Origin: a virus
Lineage: Duplodnaviria; Caudoviricetes
Length of the DNA stretch: 53,366 bases
Reading direction: 5' to 3' (one strand)
IMG/VR virus record: IMGVR_UViG_3300025621_001498
Location: 1-53,366 of that record
Below, in pieces: positions 18,390 through 27,998 of the stretch. Below the pieces are notes generated by a model. The model saw nothing but the letters and a program-made list of their open reading frames with translations, was not told where the DNA came from and did no database searches. Numbering within the stretch: position 1 is the stretch's first letter; each line of letters opens with the position of its first letter. The position numbers and the translations under genes were made by a program.

Positions 18390-19766
18390 TTAGCTGCCAG
18401 TCAAGGAGCCAGTAACGAAGGCTTCAGGACGGTACACGGCAAACGCCAGGCGCTCCTCGGCACGGATCGAAACCATGTTGGTTTCGAAGTCCTTGTCGTT
18501 CTCGGTCGAGATCAGGATCTCGGCCATGAGGCGGTCGAAGATCTGCGCGCCAAGGCTGAACGCACCAACCAGGAAGTCGTCCTGCACGATTGCCTGGGTG
18601 GCCACAACAGGGCGAGCCCACAGGCGTGCAGCAGTACCATCCTGCGGCACGGCAATGATGTAGCGGTTCTCGCCATCCTTGGTCAGCTCGATGGCCGCCC
18701 AGTCGATTGGGTTGAGAACGATGCCGCTGGCAGGGAACTCAGCCAGTTCAGCCTGCAGCAGCGCCAGGCGCAGACGGTCGATGCGCTGCTCGGCAGTCAC
18801 GCTAATGCCAGCCGGGGCAGAGTAGGCGTTGGCCTGAGGGATCAGGCCATGCACGTTCACGCCAGTGCCATTGCCGTAAAGCAGCTGCGATTCTTCAGCG
18901 AGCAGCAGGCCATAGCGGGCGCGGGCGTCGATGTAGCTCTGCAGAGCAGAAGCGTCATCGAGGATCTGACGGCTGGCCTTGAACAGGTGCGCAATGGTGC
19001 GCACCGGTGCGTTGTCCAGTTCGAAGGTGATCTCCGAATATGGCTTCGCAGTACCCTCGGTTACTGGCGCAGCATTGTTGGTGAAGCCAGTTTCGCGAAC
19101 GTACTCGATGGAGTTGCTGCCAGTGGTGCCAGGCGCAACCAGGTCACGGATGGTCAGGCGGCGCTCAGGCGCGGCCACAATGCCAGGGCGGCGATCAGGC
19201 GCAACCAGATTGCCACCGGAACCATCCACCGAGGTGATGGCGGCACGCGGGATCTCGATACGGCGCGAACCACGGAAGGACGCATTCAGGTCCTTCATCT
19301 GCTCGCTTTCGGCAACCAACTGGCCAACCGACTTGGGTGCGGCTTCCGGCTGGTTGCGGGTGCCAGCATTAACCAGCTTCTGCTCGGCTTCCTGCAGGCG
19401 GGCCTGCAGCTCGCCCTGCTTGGTCAGCATCTCGTCGACCTTGGTACGGGTTTCACCGTGCATCTCGCCGGCAGCCTTGATTTCCTTTTCGGTCTTCTCG
19501 GCGTAGGTCTTCAGCTGGTCACCAACGGTTTTGAGATTTGCCTGAACTTCTTTGTACTCGGCTTCGATATCGGCTTCGCCGATCTTGCCCAGCTGGGCAC
19601 GCATACCGGTGTAACGGCTGGCGCCTGGCTGGATGAGTGCGGTGGCCAAGGCCACTACAGAAACGGCGGCAACAATGGATTGGATGCTGACACCGATAGT
19701 AATCGGCACCAGGGCAGCAACAGCCAGGACGGCCATCATAAACAGTGGAGAAAGACGGAATTTCAT
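18390..19766 (-). CDS. Major capsid protein, HK97 family
   Basis: Coiled-coil delta domain, LTIRDLVAPG, ASRQILDD, IRAEERLAFAVYRPEAF. Confidence 0.96.
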   Translation of the reverse strand: MKFRLSPLFMMAVLAVAALVPITIGVSIQSIVAAVSVVALATALIQPGASRYTGMRAQLGKIGEADIEAEYKEVQANLKTVGDQLKTYAEKTEKEIKAAGEMHGETRTKVDEMLTKQGELQARLQEAEQKLVNAGTRNQPEAAPKSVGQLVAESEQMKDLNASFRGSRRIEIPRAAITSVDGSGGNLVAPDRRPGIVAAPERRLTIRDLVAPGTTGSNSIEYVRETGFTNNAAPVTEGTAKPYSEITFELDNAPVRTIAHLFKASRQILDDASALQSYIDARARYGLLLAEESQLLYGNGTGVNVHGLIPQANAYSAPAGISVTAEQRIDRLRLALLQAELAEFPASGIVLNPIDWAAIELTKDGENRYIIAVPQDGTAARLWARPVVATQAIVQDDFLVGAFSLGAQIFDRLMAEILISTENDKDFETNMVSIRAEERLAFAVYRPEAFVTGSLTGS

Positions 19767-19777
19767 GGCGTAAATCC

Positions 19778-20614
19778 TCATGCGGGAAAGGAGAGCTTTG
19801 GGAGTGGTTCCAGGTTCAGCTCGACAGCGCGAGGCGTGTCGGTCGGGACAGCGCTCGGCGTGTCCCCGCCAGCAGCGCTCGGCGTGCTGGGCTTGAAGGT
19901 GGCGAACATTTCGCGGCGCTCAGTACGGGACATGCCGGCTTTGGCCAGGGCCATATCCATGGCCTTGAGGGCGCTGGCTTGTTTGGCTTCTGGGTCAGGC
20001 CGCTCGACCACTTCTTCCGCAGTTAGCAGGCTGGTGGCCAGGCCAAGCTCTAAGGCGCGTTTGCCGCGAATGAAGGTTTCGTCGTCCATCAACTCAGCCA
20101 TGTCTTCCACTGGCTGGCCGCTGGTTTCGGCGTACAGGTCGGCCATTGCCGCGTCGAACTCTTGGAGGTCGTCAGCTACATCGCGCAGGTAGTGGCGGTT
20201 GCCGGCGAGCCAGGTCCAGCAGTTGTGGATCATCAGGAAAGCGCTGCTCGCTACTTGGCGCTCTGCGCCGGCGAGGTAGATGACAGATGCTGCAGAGGCC
20301 GCCAGGCCAAGAACTTTGGTGGTGACCTTTTGGCTGTGCTCGCGCAGGCGGTTGTAGATAGCAATGCCTTCGAACATGTCGCCGCCCGGCGAGTTGATGT
20401 AGACGTCGACCGGTTTGTCGCCGATGGCGCGCAAGGCGGCATCAATACGCTTGAGGGTAACGCCCTCGCCAAACCAATCTTCACCAATGATTCCGTAGAT
20501 GGTGATGGTGTCGGACGTGTTTTCAACGGCGGCCTTGATGGCCGGGTTCCATTTCTCGAGCGCGCGCGGGCTCAGCTCGGAGCGAATGCTCCCAGCTTTG
20601 ATGTTCAGCTGCAT
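19778..20614 (-). CDS. ClpP-type head maturation protease
   Basis: INSPGGDMFEG, GLAASAAS, LMIHN. Confidence 0.95.
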   Translation of the reverse strand: MQLNIKAGSIRSELSPRALEKWNPAIKAAVENTSDTITIYGIIGEDWFGEGVTLKRIDAALRAIGDKPVDVYINSPGGDMFEGIAIYNRLREHSQKVTTKVLGLAASAASVIYLAGAERQVASSAFLMIHNCWTWLAGNRHYLRDVADDLQEFDAAMADLYAETSGQPVEDMAELMDDETFIRGKRALELGLATSLLTAEEVVERPDPEAKQASALKAMDMALAKAGMSRTERREMFATFKPSTPSAAGGDTPSAVPTDTPRAVELNLEPLPKLSFPA

Positions 20615-20617
20615 GGG

Positions 20618-21922
20618 TTACTCCTTGGAGTGGTCGGCGTTGAGCCAGTTCTGCAGAGCCGCCCTGACTGACTGCCCTTCGTTCTGCTTGCCCAATTGAT
20701 CGAGCGGCACCAGGTTGGATTGAACGGTAAGAATGTCGCCGCCCGGTTTGCTGGGCAGGTTCTCCTTGCGCCGCCCCTCGTTGCGGGTCATGAACCCGTT
20801 CTGAGCCATAGTGCTGAGATAAGCGGCGCGCCCGGCACTGTCTGCACGCAAGAAGGCTTCCAGTGAGTACTCGGGGTAATAGGTAATTCGATCTACTGGG
20901 GTTAGCAGTTTCTTTGCTACGCCCTGCTCAATAGGGGCGGTGTACGACATGATGCAGTAGGTCAGGAATGCCAACTGCTGTTGCTCGAGACCGGTACCCC
21001 AATTGCTGCCCTTATCGGTCTTCATGACCATCCAGGGAGGTACGCCGAACCAGCGGCAGATCTCTTCGACACTATGCCCGCGCGATTCCAATAGCTGGGC
21101 GTCTACTGGGTTGATGCCGATTGATTCAGGTGTTACGCCCGCCTCAAGTACCGGAGATTTGCCGGCGTTAAGGGCGCCTGAAACCGTTTCAACGTACTCG
21201 CGGAATTCTGCGCGCTGCTCTTTCTTGAGCACGCGATCGACCTTGAAGGCAACGGTGGGCATCATGCCGCTCTTGAATGTGCTGTTGGCCGCATCGTCTG
21301 CAGACATGGCAGAGCCAAACACGTCAGCGCCGTAGCGAATGGCTGACAAACCGACCTTGCCGTCCAGGGTGAAAGCTGGAATATGCAGCATGTTTTCGCG
21401 CCGTATCTCGCGACGCGGGCCTTTCTTTGGGGTAAACCAATAAGTCAGCCGGCCATCGTCGTCTGCTTCAGGCTCGACTCGCGACGGCAGCAAAAAGTCC
21501 AATGCGATTACACGGCCCGCCGATCGGTGAATCTCACAATAGGCGTTACCCCAAAGCAGCATAGAGGCCACAACCGATTGCCAAAATTGAAAGGCGGTCA
21601 TGTCCTCGTTAGGGTTGGCGTGCACCACATCGTATAGCGGAAAGTCCCTGGCCGTTTCGCGGCTACCGTCCGGCTGGCGGCGGTAAATGTTCATCGGCAA
21701 CCCGGCGACCGACATGGAGATAATGCGCACGCAGGCCCACACAGTGGAAAGGCGCATGGCGTTGTCGACGTTTACGCTTTTGCCGGAACTCGATTGGCCG
21801 CCAAAATAGCTACTCCAGAAGCCCCCATCACTGAGACGGATAGGCTTGCCAACCCAATCCCCAAGGCTGGCGCTTGGCTGATGCGCGGCAGAGTTCAGCG
21901 CCTGCAATAGAGACTTAGCCAC
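20618..21922 (-). CDS. Portal protein, HK97 family
   Basis: TVWACVRIIS, LLWGNAY, EEICRWFGVPP, MTRNEGR. Confidence 0.96.
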   Translation of the reverse strand: MAKSLLQALNSAAHQPSASLGDWVGKPIRLSDGGFWSSYFGGQSSSGKSVNVDNAMRLSTVWACVRIISMSVAGLPMNIYRRQPDGSRETARDFPLYDVVHANPNEDMTAFQFWQSVVASMLLWGNAYCEIHRSAGRVIALDFLLPSRVEPEADDDGRLTYWFTPKKGPRREIRRENMLHIPAFTLDGKVGLSAIRYGADVFGSAMSADDAANSTFKSGMMPTVAFKVDRVLKKEQRAEFREYVETVSGALNAGKSPVLEAGVTPESIGINPVDAQLLESRGHSVEEICRWFGVPPWMVMKTDKGSNWGTGLEQQQLAFLTYCIMSYTAPIEQGVAKKLLTPVDRITYYPEYSLEAFLRADSAGRAAYLSTMAQNGFMTRNEGRRKENLPSKPGGDILTVQSNLVPLDQLGKQNEGQSVRAALQNWLNADHSKE

Positions 21923-22076
21923 CCGTCATACCCCGCCGAATAAAACCCGCGATGCAGAACATGGAGGCAGCCCCCGCCAGCAGCGCATAGCCCGTACCGG
22001 CGAGCAGCCAGACGCCAGCGCACAGCAGACCGAAACCAAGCAGGCCAGCCAGGATGAAGCAGGTAAGTGCGCTCAT
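21915..22076 (-). CDS. Small hydrophobic protein between terminase and portal
   Basis: Own translation MSALTCFILAGLLGFGLLCAGVWLL..., 53 aa, overlaps both neighbours. Confidence 0.7.
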   Translation of the reverse strand: MSALTCFILAGLLGFGLLCAGVWLLAGTGYALLAGAASMFCIAGFIRRGMTGG

Positions 22077-23830
22077 GCGATCATCGGGTTCCGTATTGCA
22101 TTCATGAAGTCGTCCTCATCGTCCTTCTCTTCGGATTCAAGCGATGAGACGCCGATGGCCATCAGGAGCGCGGCCATGTCATCGATCTTGTCTGCGCTTC
22201 GCTTCTTGTCTGGCGCCATGTTGAGGTTGTCGTCTCGCCTGGCGATCAGGTTTGAGGCGCACCAGTTCAGTATCTGATCACCGCCATGAGCCAGAGCACC
22301 GGAGATGTAGGCACGCTCAAGCGCCTGCATTGCAGGGTGGTAGGACCTCGGCCCCTGGATGAACTCGATCATTGGCAGCTCAGCGGCAACCAGGCGGTTT
22401 ACCAGGTCACTGGCGTTCCACCGGTCATAGGCGATGAGCTGGACATTGAAGTCCTGGCAGACCGACCTGACATCAGCCTCGATAACCGCGTAGTCCGTTA
22501 CGTTGCCTTCGGTTTGCTTGAGCAGCCCCGCTTCTACCCAGGACTGATACGGGACCGTGCCGCGCTCTGTGCGGTAGGCAACTGCACTCTCCGGCGCCCA
22601 GCGCCAGCCGTAGGTGTAATAAACGCAATCGACCAGCCATACCAGGCGGAACGAGCAAAGGTCAGCGGTGCTGGCCAGGTCGAGCCCGCCCCAGCAGGGG
22701 TAAGCGCGAAGCCAATCGAGATCGACCTCGCCGCTGCAGGCCTGCCACTTGTTCAGATCAACCCAACCATCAGCGGTTGAGGCTGGGCGGTTGAGGCGCT
22801 TGATTCGAAACTCAGCGAGCTTCGATGGCATCTGCTTGGCTTCGATGGCCTCCTTGCGGATGGCGGCCATCAGATGCGGGTTCACATCCATCAGCGGGTT
22901 GGCTTTTATCCAACACCGCTCATCAAATTCATCGTCTGGCTTTATGCCTTGCGACTTGTCTTCATCATCGACCGCGTAGAACACCACCAGGAAGTGATCG
23001 GCCGTTGTGCCGAACAGACCGGCCAACAGCTTCTTGGCGAACATCCTGATCTCGGCCCACGGACCAGGGTTCGTGTAACCCTCAGTCGTGGTGTAAAGCC
23101 AGAGCGGGTTACTCCGCGCACCGGCAGCCGAGGTAAGAACGTTGAGCAGGTCAGCCGTCTTGTGCGCGTGGATCTCGTCCAACCCCACATGCGACGGGTT
23201 TAAACCGTCCTGCGTGGATGCCTTTGCGTGGATCGGCTTGAAGGTTGCGCCAGTCTCAGCCCGGCTGATGGCCTTGGCCCAGGTCTCCAGGCCGAAGGCC
23301 TCGCGCAGATCGGCGGTCTTCTCCACCATCCTCTTGGCGGTGTTGAAGATGATCGAGGCCTGCGGGAATGTGGTCGCTGCGCTGATTACCTGGGCGCCTT
23401 CTTCCGGCTCGCAGCATTCGCAGTACAGCAGGATGGCCGAGGCAAGCGTGGACTTGGCGTTCTTCCTTGCAACGGCAAACAGCGCCGATGTGTAACGGCG
23501 CGGGCGGAAATCGCCATAGCCTTCAATGTGCGTCGCTTCGCGCTTGCGGAACCCGAAGAGCTGCACGGTGAAGAACACGTGCGATGGGTGCATCACAATC
23601 GTCGGAGTTACCCACTTGCCTTCAACGTGTGGCAGCTTCTCGATGAAGTCGCATGGGTCGTTGGCGTGCCACTCATCAAAGATGAATGGACAGGATTTCT
23701 TCTTGGCGCGCTTGAGGTCATCAAGGAAACGGCGTGCAGCCTGGCGAATCAGCTTGCCGTGCTTCTTGCGACCTCTATCGGCTACAGCGGCCTTGGCATA
23801 GTCGACGGCGATCTTGACGTAATCACGCAC
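22073..23830 (-). CDS. terL: Terminase large subunit
   Basis: VARKNAKST Walker A, LDEIH, GGLDLAST, DKIDD. Confidence 0.96.
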   Translation of the reverse strand: MRDYVKIAVDYAKAAVADRGRKKHGKLIRQAARRFLDDLKRAKKKSCPFIFDEWHANDPCDFIEKLPHVEGKWVTPTIVMHPSHVFFTVQLFGFRKREATHIEGYGDFRPRRYTSALFAVARKNAKSTLASAILLYCECCEPEEGAQVISAATTFPQASIIFNTAKRMVEKTADLREAFGLETWAKAISRAETGATFKPIHAKASTQDGLNPSHVGLDEIHAHKTADLLNVLTSAAGARSNPLWLYTTTEGYTNPGPWAEIRMFAKKLLAGLFGTTADHFLVVFYAVDDEDKSQGIKPDDEFDERCWIKANPLMDVNPHLMAAIRKEAIEAKQMPSKLAEFRIKRLNRPASTADGWVDLNKWQACSGEVDLDWLRAYPCWGGLDLASTADLCSFRLVWLVDCVYYTYGWRWAPESAVAYRTERGTVPYQSWVEAGLLKQTEGNVTDYAVIEADVRSVCQDFNVQLIAYDRWNASDLVNRLVAAELPMIEFIQGPRSYHPAMQALERAYISGALAHGGDQILNWCASNLIARRDDNLNMAPDKKRSADKIDDMAALLMAIGVSSLESEEKDDEDDFMNAIRNPMIA

Positions 23831-24239
23831 GAGGACTCCCGTTGTTGGCAAACTTGTTGCCCTTCGGCTTCTCACCGCTGCTCGAAACTTTGCGGCGGCT
23901 GGCTGGGGTCATACCGAATTCAGAGAACAGCGCCTTCAGTGCGCCATCTTCCGAGGCGGTCAGCTCCATGCCGGCCTTGGCCTTCTGCCGAAATCTCTGC
24001 CAGGCAAAACACAACTGCTCGAGCGAATACAGATCCACGACCTGCAGCACTCTGGCGCTGACCAACTGCCGGCCGAGGTTTCGCCACATTTCAACCCCGT
24101 CAGGGTTCAGGTGCTGGGGAGCCTCGGGGAAGTCTTCAACCAGATCGTATTCGGGGGCGTCCGGAACCTCGCGATCCGGGCGATCAGTACCAGCCAGAAC
24201 CTTGAGGTGCGGAGCCGTTGGCTTCCGTCCTCTAGTCAT
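23823..24239 (-). CDS. terS: Terminase small subunit (P27-like)
   Basis: RGRKP N-terminus, EFGMTPASR. Confidence 0.92.
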   Translation of the reverse strand: MTRGRKPTAPHLKVLAGTDRPDREVPDAPEYDLVEDFPEAPQHLNPDGVEMWRNLGRQLVSARVLQVVDLYSLEQLCFAWQRFRQKAKAGMELTASEDGALKALFSEFGMTPASRRKVSSSGEKPKGNKFANNGSPRA

Positions 24240-24244
24240 TACGC

Positions 24245-24355
24245 ATCCTCAAAAAACCATTTTCTAATTTTGACGGTGCGAAAATTTGGCTCCCCCCGTC
24301 GTTCGGGGATTAAATTTGCCCAGACTTTTGACCCACCCCCACCCCCACCGCTAGC
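24245..24355. other. Probable cos packaging region
   Basis: Non-coding gap between HNH and terS with G-rich then A/T tracts, the usual cos position in HK97-like phages; cut site not determinable. Confidence 0.5.
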
Positions 24356-24376
24356 GGAGCCTGCTCACCAGGCTCG

Positions 24377-24766
24377 TCAAGCGCGATTGGAGGTCAGCCC
24401 AACCTTCTCCCCAACCCTGTTGTGGCATGGCCGGCATAGCGCACGCAGGTTGTCCCACTCCAAAGACAATTCGGGGTGGGTCTTGCGTGGTTTTATGTGG
24501 TCAGTAATGTCGCTGGCGGCGGCATCGCACTCTTCGCAAACGGGATGGCACTTGCGGTAGTAAGCCGCGAGCTTCTTCCACCGCTCTGTTTTGTAGAAGG
24601 CATCGGACTCATCGCGGCGGGCGTTGTAGTCTTTATGAACAGCTTTCTGCTGAACCTCACGGCGAGCATCAGCGATCACCTTGTGCGCGCTGCAGCGATG
24701 CGAACCAGGGACGGAAGGCTTGGCACACGCTGCCTCTGAGCACATTCGAGGAGGTCTTACTGGCAT
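24377..24766 (-). CDS. Terminase-associated HNH endonuclease
   Basis: CEEC, DHIKP, NLRALCRPCHN. Confidence 0.9.
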   Translation of the reverse strand: MPVRPPRMCSEAACAKPSVPGSHRCSAHKVIADARREVQQKAVHKDYNARRDESDAFYKTERWKKLAAYYRKCHPVCEECDAAASDITDHIKPRKTHPELSLEWDNLRALCRPCHNRVGEKVGLTSNRA

Positions 24767-24812
24767 CAGCTGACATCCTCAAAGGGATCGCGGCCGGTGC
24801 CAACGATGTACA

Positions 24813-24986
24813 TCACGTGAGCAATGCATGAGCAGCGCCGGCTAATGCATAGATCAGAGCCAGCAACAACAGGAAACAGGCCAGAAGGAAGCGGCACCAG
24901 GCTACAAGCTCATCAGTGGCGCGATGGGATAGCGCCCAGAAGAAGACGGCAGCGGCTGCCAGCAGAACAGGTATCAGCCATTGCAT
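24813..24986 (-). CDS. Small two-TM protein
   Basis: Own translation MQWLIPVLLAAAAVFFW..., 57 aa; GAGG SD. Confidence 0.6.
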   Translation of the reverse strand: MQWLIPVLLAAAAVFFWALSHRATDELVAWCRFLLACFLLLLALIYALAGAAHALLT

Positions 24987-24999
24987 ACGCAACCTCGGT

Positions 25000-25395
25000 T
25001 CAGGTCTTGCTCCACACCACCGCTTTAAGCTCGCGGATCATGTCTGGCAGGCTCATGTGCTGTCGCAGCTCGGCATAGACGAACCAGGCGCGAACCATGA
25101 CCCATGCCGGGAGGCCGCAAACAAAGATGATGCCAGCCAGCGCAATCACGCCGATGTCGTCGTTTGCGAAGTGCTGTAGCTCAAACCAGCGGATGACGAA
25201 GGCGCCGCCGCCAATGCTCGACACAACCGTGCAGATCATCGCAACAACGAACTCCCGGACGGTCTTCGGCAGCGTCATGGCCATAACCACAATGGTGACC
25301 AGGACGGCGGCGAACGCACCCAGCACGCCCAGCTTGTACAGCGCGATTCCGCCGAATGCGGTAGATGCTGGCTCTGTCATGTCTCTGGCTCTCAT
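25000..25395 (-). CDS. Holin
   Basis: Three TM segments, MTEP N-terminus, early in late operon; alternative start 25380. Confidence 0.7.
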   Translation of the reverse strand: MRARDMTEPASTAFGGIALYKLGVLGAFAAVLVTIVVMAMTLPKTVREFVVAMICTVVSSIGGGAFVIRWFELQHFANDDIGVIALAGIIFVCGLPAWVMVRAWFVYAELRQHMSLPDMIRELKAVVWSKT

Positions 25396-25557
25396 AGGCG
25401 TGACCTTGGCCTTCGCCGGCCGGGCTGTGCATGTAGATCCGGCACCACGATGCAGCGCCATCCGCTCGGAGCAAGGACGAGTGCACGGGTGTCGGAATTC
25501 AGGAATAAAAAGGCCGGGTGTGACGCCGGCAAGACGCTGGGGGGGGGGGCAGCGGAT

Positions 25558-25797
25558 TTATTCGGCCGGGAAGATATCGATGTAGTAGGCCTTGCCGACT
25601 TCCATCTTCTCAGCCACCTCGGTGACGATTCCTGCGCGGAACTCGCCGTAAGGTGTTGCCTTACCGTAGATGTAGTCCTCGGTTTCTTTTTCCGGGGAAT
25701 AGACCGCCCCAAGCTGAACGGTGCATAGCTCACCGCGGCTGTGTTCGTTCGGGGTTACGGCATTGCAGATCATTTTGCAGCGCATGCGATGAGACAT
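25558..25797 (-). CDS. Hypothetical protein
   Basis: 79 aa with GAGGA SD. Confidence 0.7.
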   Translation of the reverse strand: MSHRMRCKMICNAVTPNEHSRGELCTVQLGAVYSPEKETEDYIYGKATPYGEFRAGIVTEVAEKMEVGKAYYIDIFPAE

Positions 25798-25855
25798 TGG
25801 GGCTTCCTCTTGGGTAGTGCAGGAGGGCCTATCAGTCTTTCGCCTGCCGGAAATG

Positions 25856-25886
25856 AAAAAGCCCCGGCGCGAAGGCCAGGGCTTTT
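25856..25886 (-). terminator. Terminator in late leader (tR'-like)
   Basis: AAAAAGCCCCGGC-GCGAAG-GCCAGGGCTTTT. Confidence 0.65.
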
Positions 25887-25948
25887 AAAAGCGGTAAAAC
25901 CGCAAGATAGGAATATATTGTTCGCTTGTTCGCTTCGCGTCAAATGAT

Positions 25949-26521
25949 TTATGCAGCCTCGCGCTCGATCAGGGCATTTTCTTCCAACAGACTGGTTACT
26001 TGGCGAAATGCTTCATCGACGCGACCGTTAAGCCAGCCCATTGTGATGTGCTTCCAGCGGCGCAGGCTTCCATCTGGCGTGCCGTCAGCATCCCATGTGT
26101 TCACGTCATAGAACGCATCCGGCAGCCCGCGGCGCGAGGTCTTGACGCCATCCTGCACACCGCGGCGCTTGGGGATCGCCCAGGCCGTGACGCACTTCAT
26201 GCGGAACAGGTGGTGCGCTGGAGTAACTGCGCGCGGCACCAGGTAGTGCACGGACTCTGCCACCTCGTAGTCGTTGATGCTGTACTTGGCCACCAGCGCG
26301 TGCCACAGGTCGGCCGACAGCTCCCGGTGGATCATGCTGCGCGTCATGCTGTCCTGGGTCAGGCGCTCGCCCTCGCTTAGCGGGCAGGGATTGGCCGGCT
26401 CGGAACCCTCCACAAAGCCAGGCCGGTACTGCCGCTGCCAACTGGCCTTCTTCGTGCCGTCGATGGTCTCAATGCTCATGATCCGGCTGATTGCGTGTGC
26501 CGCGTCTCTGTATACATTCAT
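25949..26521 (-). CDS. Probable late antiterminator (Q position)
   Basis: Last gene of early-right operon before late genes; basic C-terminal HTH-like region; ATGA coupling. Confidence 0.6.
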   Translation of the reverse strand: MNVYRDAAHAISRIMSIETIDGTKKASWQRQYRPGFVEGSEPANPCPLSEGERLTQDSMTRSMIHRELSADLWHALVAKYSINDYEVAESVHYLVPRAVTPAHHLFRMKCVTAWAIPKRRGVQDGVKTSRRGLPDAFYDVNTWDADGTPDGSLRRWKHITMGWLNGRVDEAFRQVTSLLEENALIEREAA

Positions 26522-27657
26522 GCTGCATCCCCCTTGAGCATGTCCGGGCTCACCGTATGGCGGGCCACTTCGCCGAATTCGCTGTGCATGACGATGCACT
26601 TCATGTTCTGCCGCGCCCGGTACCCGCCGAATGCTGCATAGGCATCCTTCGCGGTCAGGGTGTTGAAGCTCTCGACGGTGACGCCGGCGTATTCCTTGAC
26701 GCTCTGGTGGTGGACGTGGCCCAAGTACCAGTAGCGGAACTCGGTGCGGCCCCATGCCTTGGCCTGGTCTGCCGCCATCACGCCGGGCAGACGTTCGATC
26801 TTGCAGGTGTGGCCGTGGTGGGTGCCGATCAGCACCTTGCCGTGTTCGATGTAGTGGAATGCCGCCGGCGACTTGTCGATCAGGACGCGAGGCTCGTTCT
26901 CGTAGGTGTGGCGCAGGGCCACGCTCATCCAGAGCGCCCCAGTGTCGTCGTGGTTGCCCACCACATTGATGACGCGCACTGTCTTGTGCTTGCGCAGTGC
27001 CGAGGTGATGCATTGCCTCATCACCATCATCCCGACGTCGATCATCTTGGCGTAACGGCCATCCAGATCCATGACGTGGCCCGAGCGGCTGGTCATGCCT
27101 TCCATGTTGTCAGCGTGCAGCCAGTCGCCAAGGTTGATGATCACCGCCTGCTCTGCGGGCGGGGCCAGGTCGACCAGTGCAGCCATGGCGCCGCACTGCA
27201 CGCGGACGGCCTCGGTCATATCCCAGCTGTCACCCTGCGTTTCCTCACCCCAGGAACGGAGGCCGATATGCGCATCCCCAATGGGATAAACAGCCATCAG
27301 ATGCGCCAGGGTGATCAGCGGCCCGGTGACCGATTCGACCTGTGGCAGCTCAGCCGCCATGGATTCAGCCGCAGCGATGAACAGTTCGCGCTGGCGCTCA
27401 TGGTCGATGCTGGTTTTGACCCATTGCAGCTTGGGCTGCCCGTCCTCGCCGTAGAGGGTTGATGTGCCTTTGAGGTGGAAGCCATCAGGCACGACTTTGG
27501 TCATGTCATGCTCTGGGCTCCACCCCTGCCGAGCAAACCGCGCTTTGTGGGAGTAAAGATTGCGCTCATGCAACCCCAGCAGCTTGGCGGCCTCGGCAAC
27601 CGTTCGCCCTCTCAGCGCTTCCTTCATATCTTCGTCAGAGTGCTTTCTGGCGACCAT
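26518..27657 (-). CDS. Calcineurin-like metallophosphoesterase with N-terminal HTH
   Basis: GDAH, GD...D, GNHD, HHGH, GHVH motifs. Confidence 0.8.
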   Translation of the reverse strand: MVARKHSDEDMKEALRGRTVAEAAKLLGLHERNLYSHKARFARQGWSPEHDMTKVVPDGFHLKGTSTLYGEDGQPKLQWVKTSIDHERQRELFIAAAESMAAELPQVESVTGPLITLAHLMAVYPIGDAHIGLRSWGEETQGDSWDMTEAVRVQCGAMAALVDLAPPAEQAVIINLGDWLHADNMEGMTSRSGHVMDLDGRYAKMIDVGMMVMRQCITSALRKHKTVRVINVVGNHDDTGALWMSVALRHTYENEPRVLIDKSPAAFHYIEHGKVLIGTHHGHTCKIERLPGVMAADQAKAWGRTEFRYWYLGHVHHQSVKEYAGVTVESFNTLTAKDAYAAFGGYRARQNMKCIVMHSEFGEVARHTVSPDMLKGDAA

Positions 27658-27998
27658 TAGGCTTGCTCCTCGACTGAGTTACGCTGGCGTGACAATTCAG
27701 GGCCTATGTCCGGCTCGCGTGACACTTGGCTGGCCAAGGCCTCGGCCTTAAGCGCGGAATAGGCCACGCCATCCTCGGCTGAGTCGGCGTGGTACTTCTC
27801 CGGGTTCTGCCATTGCCGCACGTTCTTGAGGATTTCCATGAACAGCCACCCCTCCGCCTCGGTAATCCGCTTGCCCGTGATGTTTTGGAAGGCGGCGACG
27901 GTTTTCCCCATGCTCCGTTCGCCGCTGGGCTGGTCGTACTGCTTGCCGCGCTCATCCATGATGGCGGCGGCGCTGTGCAGGAAGTCTGGTGCTTTCAT
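27657..27998 (-). CDS. DUF6378-like helical protein (dNTP pyrophosphatase-like)
   Basis: ERGKQYD, LKNVR, HADSAEDGVAYSAL. Confidence 0.6.
   Translation of the reverse strand: MKAPDFLHSAAAIMDERGKQYDQPSGERSMGKTVAAFQNITGKRITEAEGWLFMEILKNVRQWQNPEKYHADSAEDGVAYSALKAEALASQVSREPDIGPELSRQRNSVEEQA

Noticed and set aside
18849-20192. Long opposite-strand ORFs (also 7226-8194, 13273-14136, 26491-27462, 39269-40279, 43404-44513)
   Set aside because: Shadow frames of real genes in GC-rich DNA, with no motifs or SD
26522-27013. N-terminal extension of the 354-aa ORF 25949-27013
   Set aside because: Overlaps the phosphoesterase gene; the coupled ATG at 26521 is the plausible start
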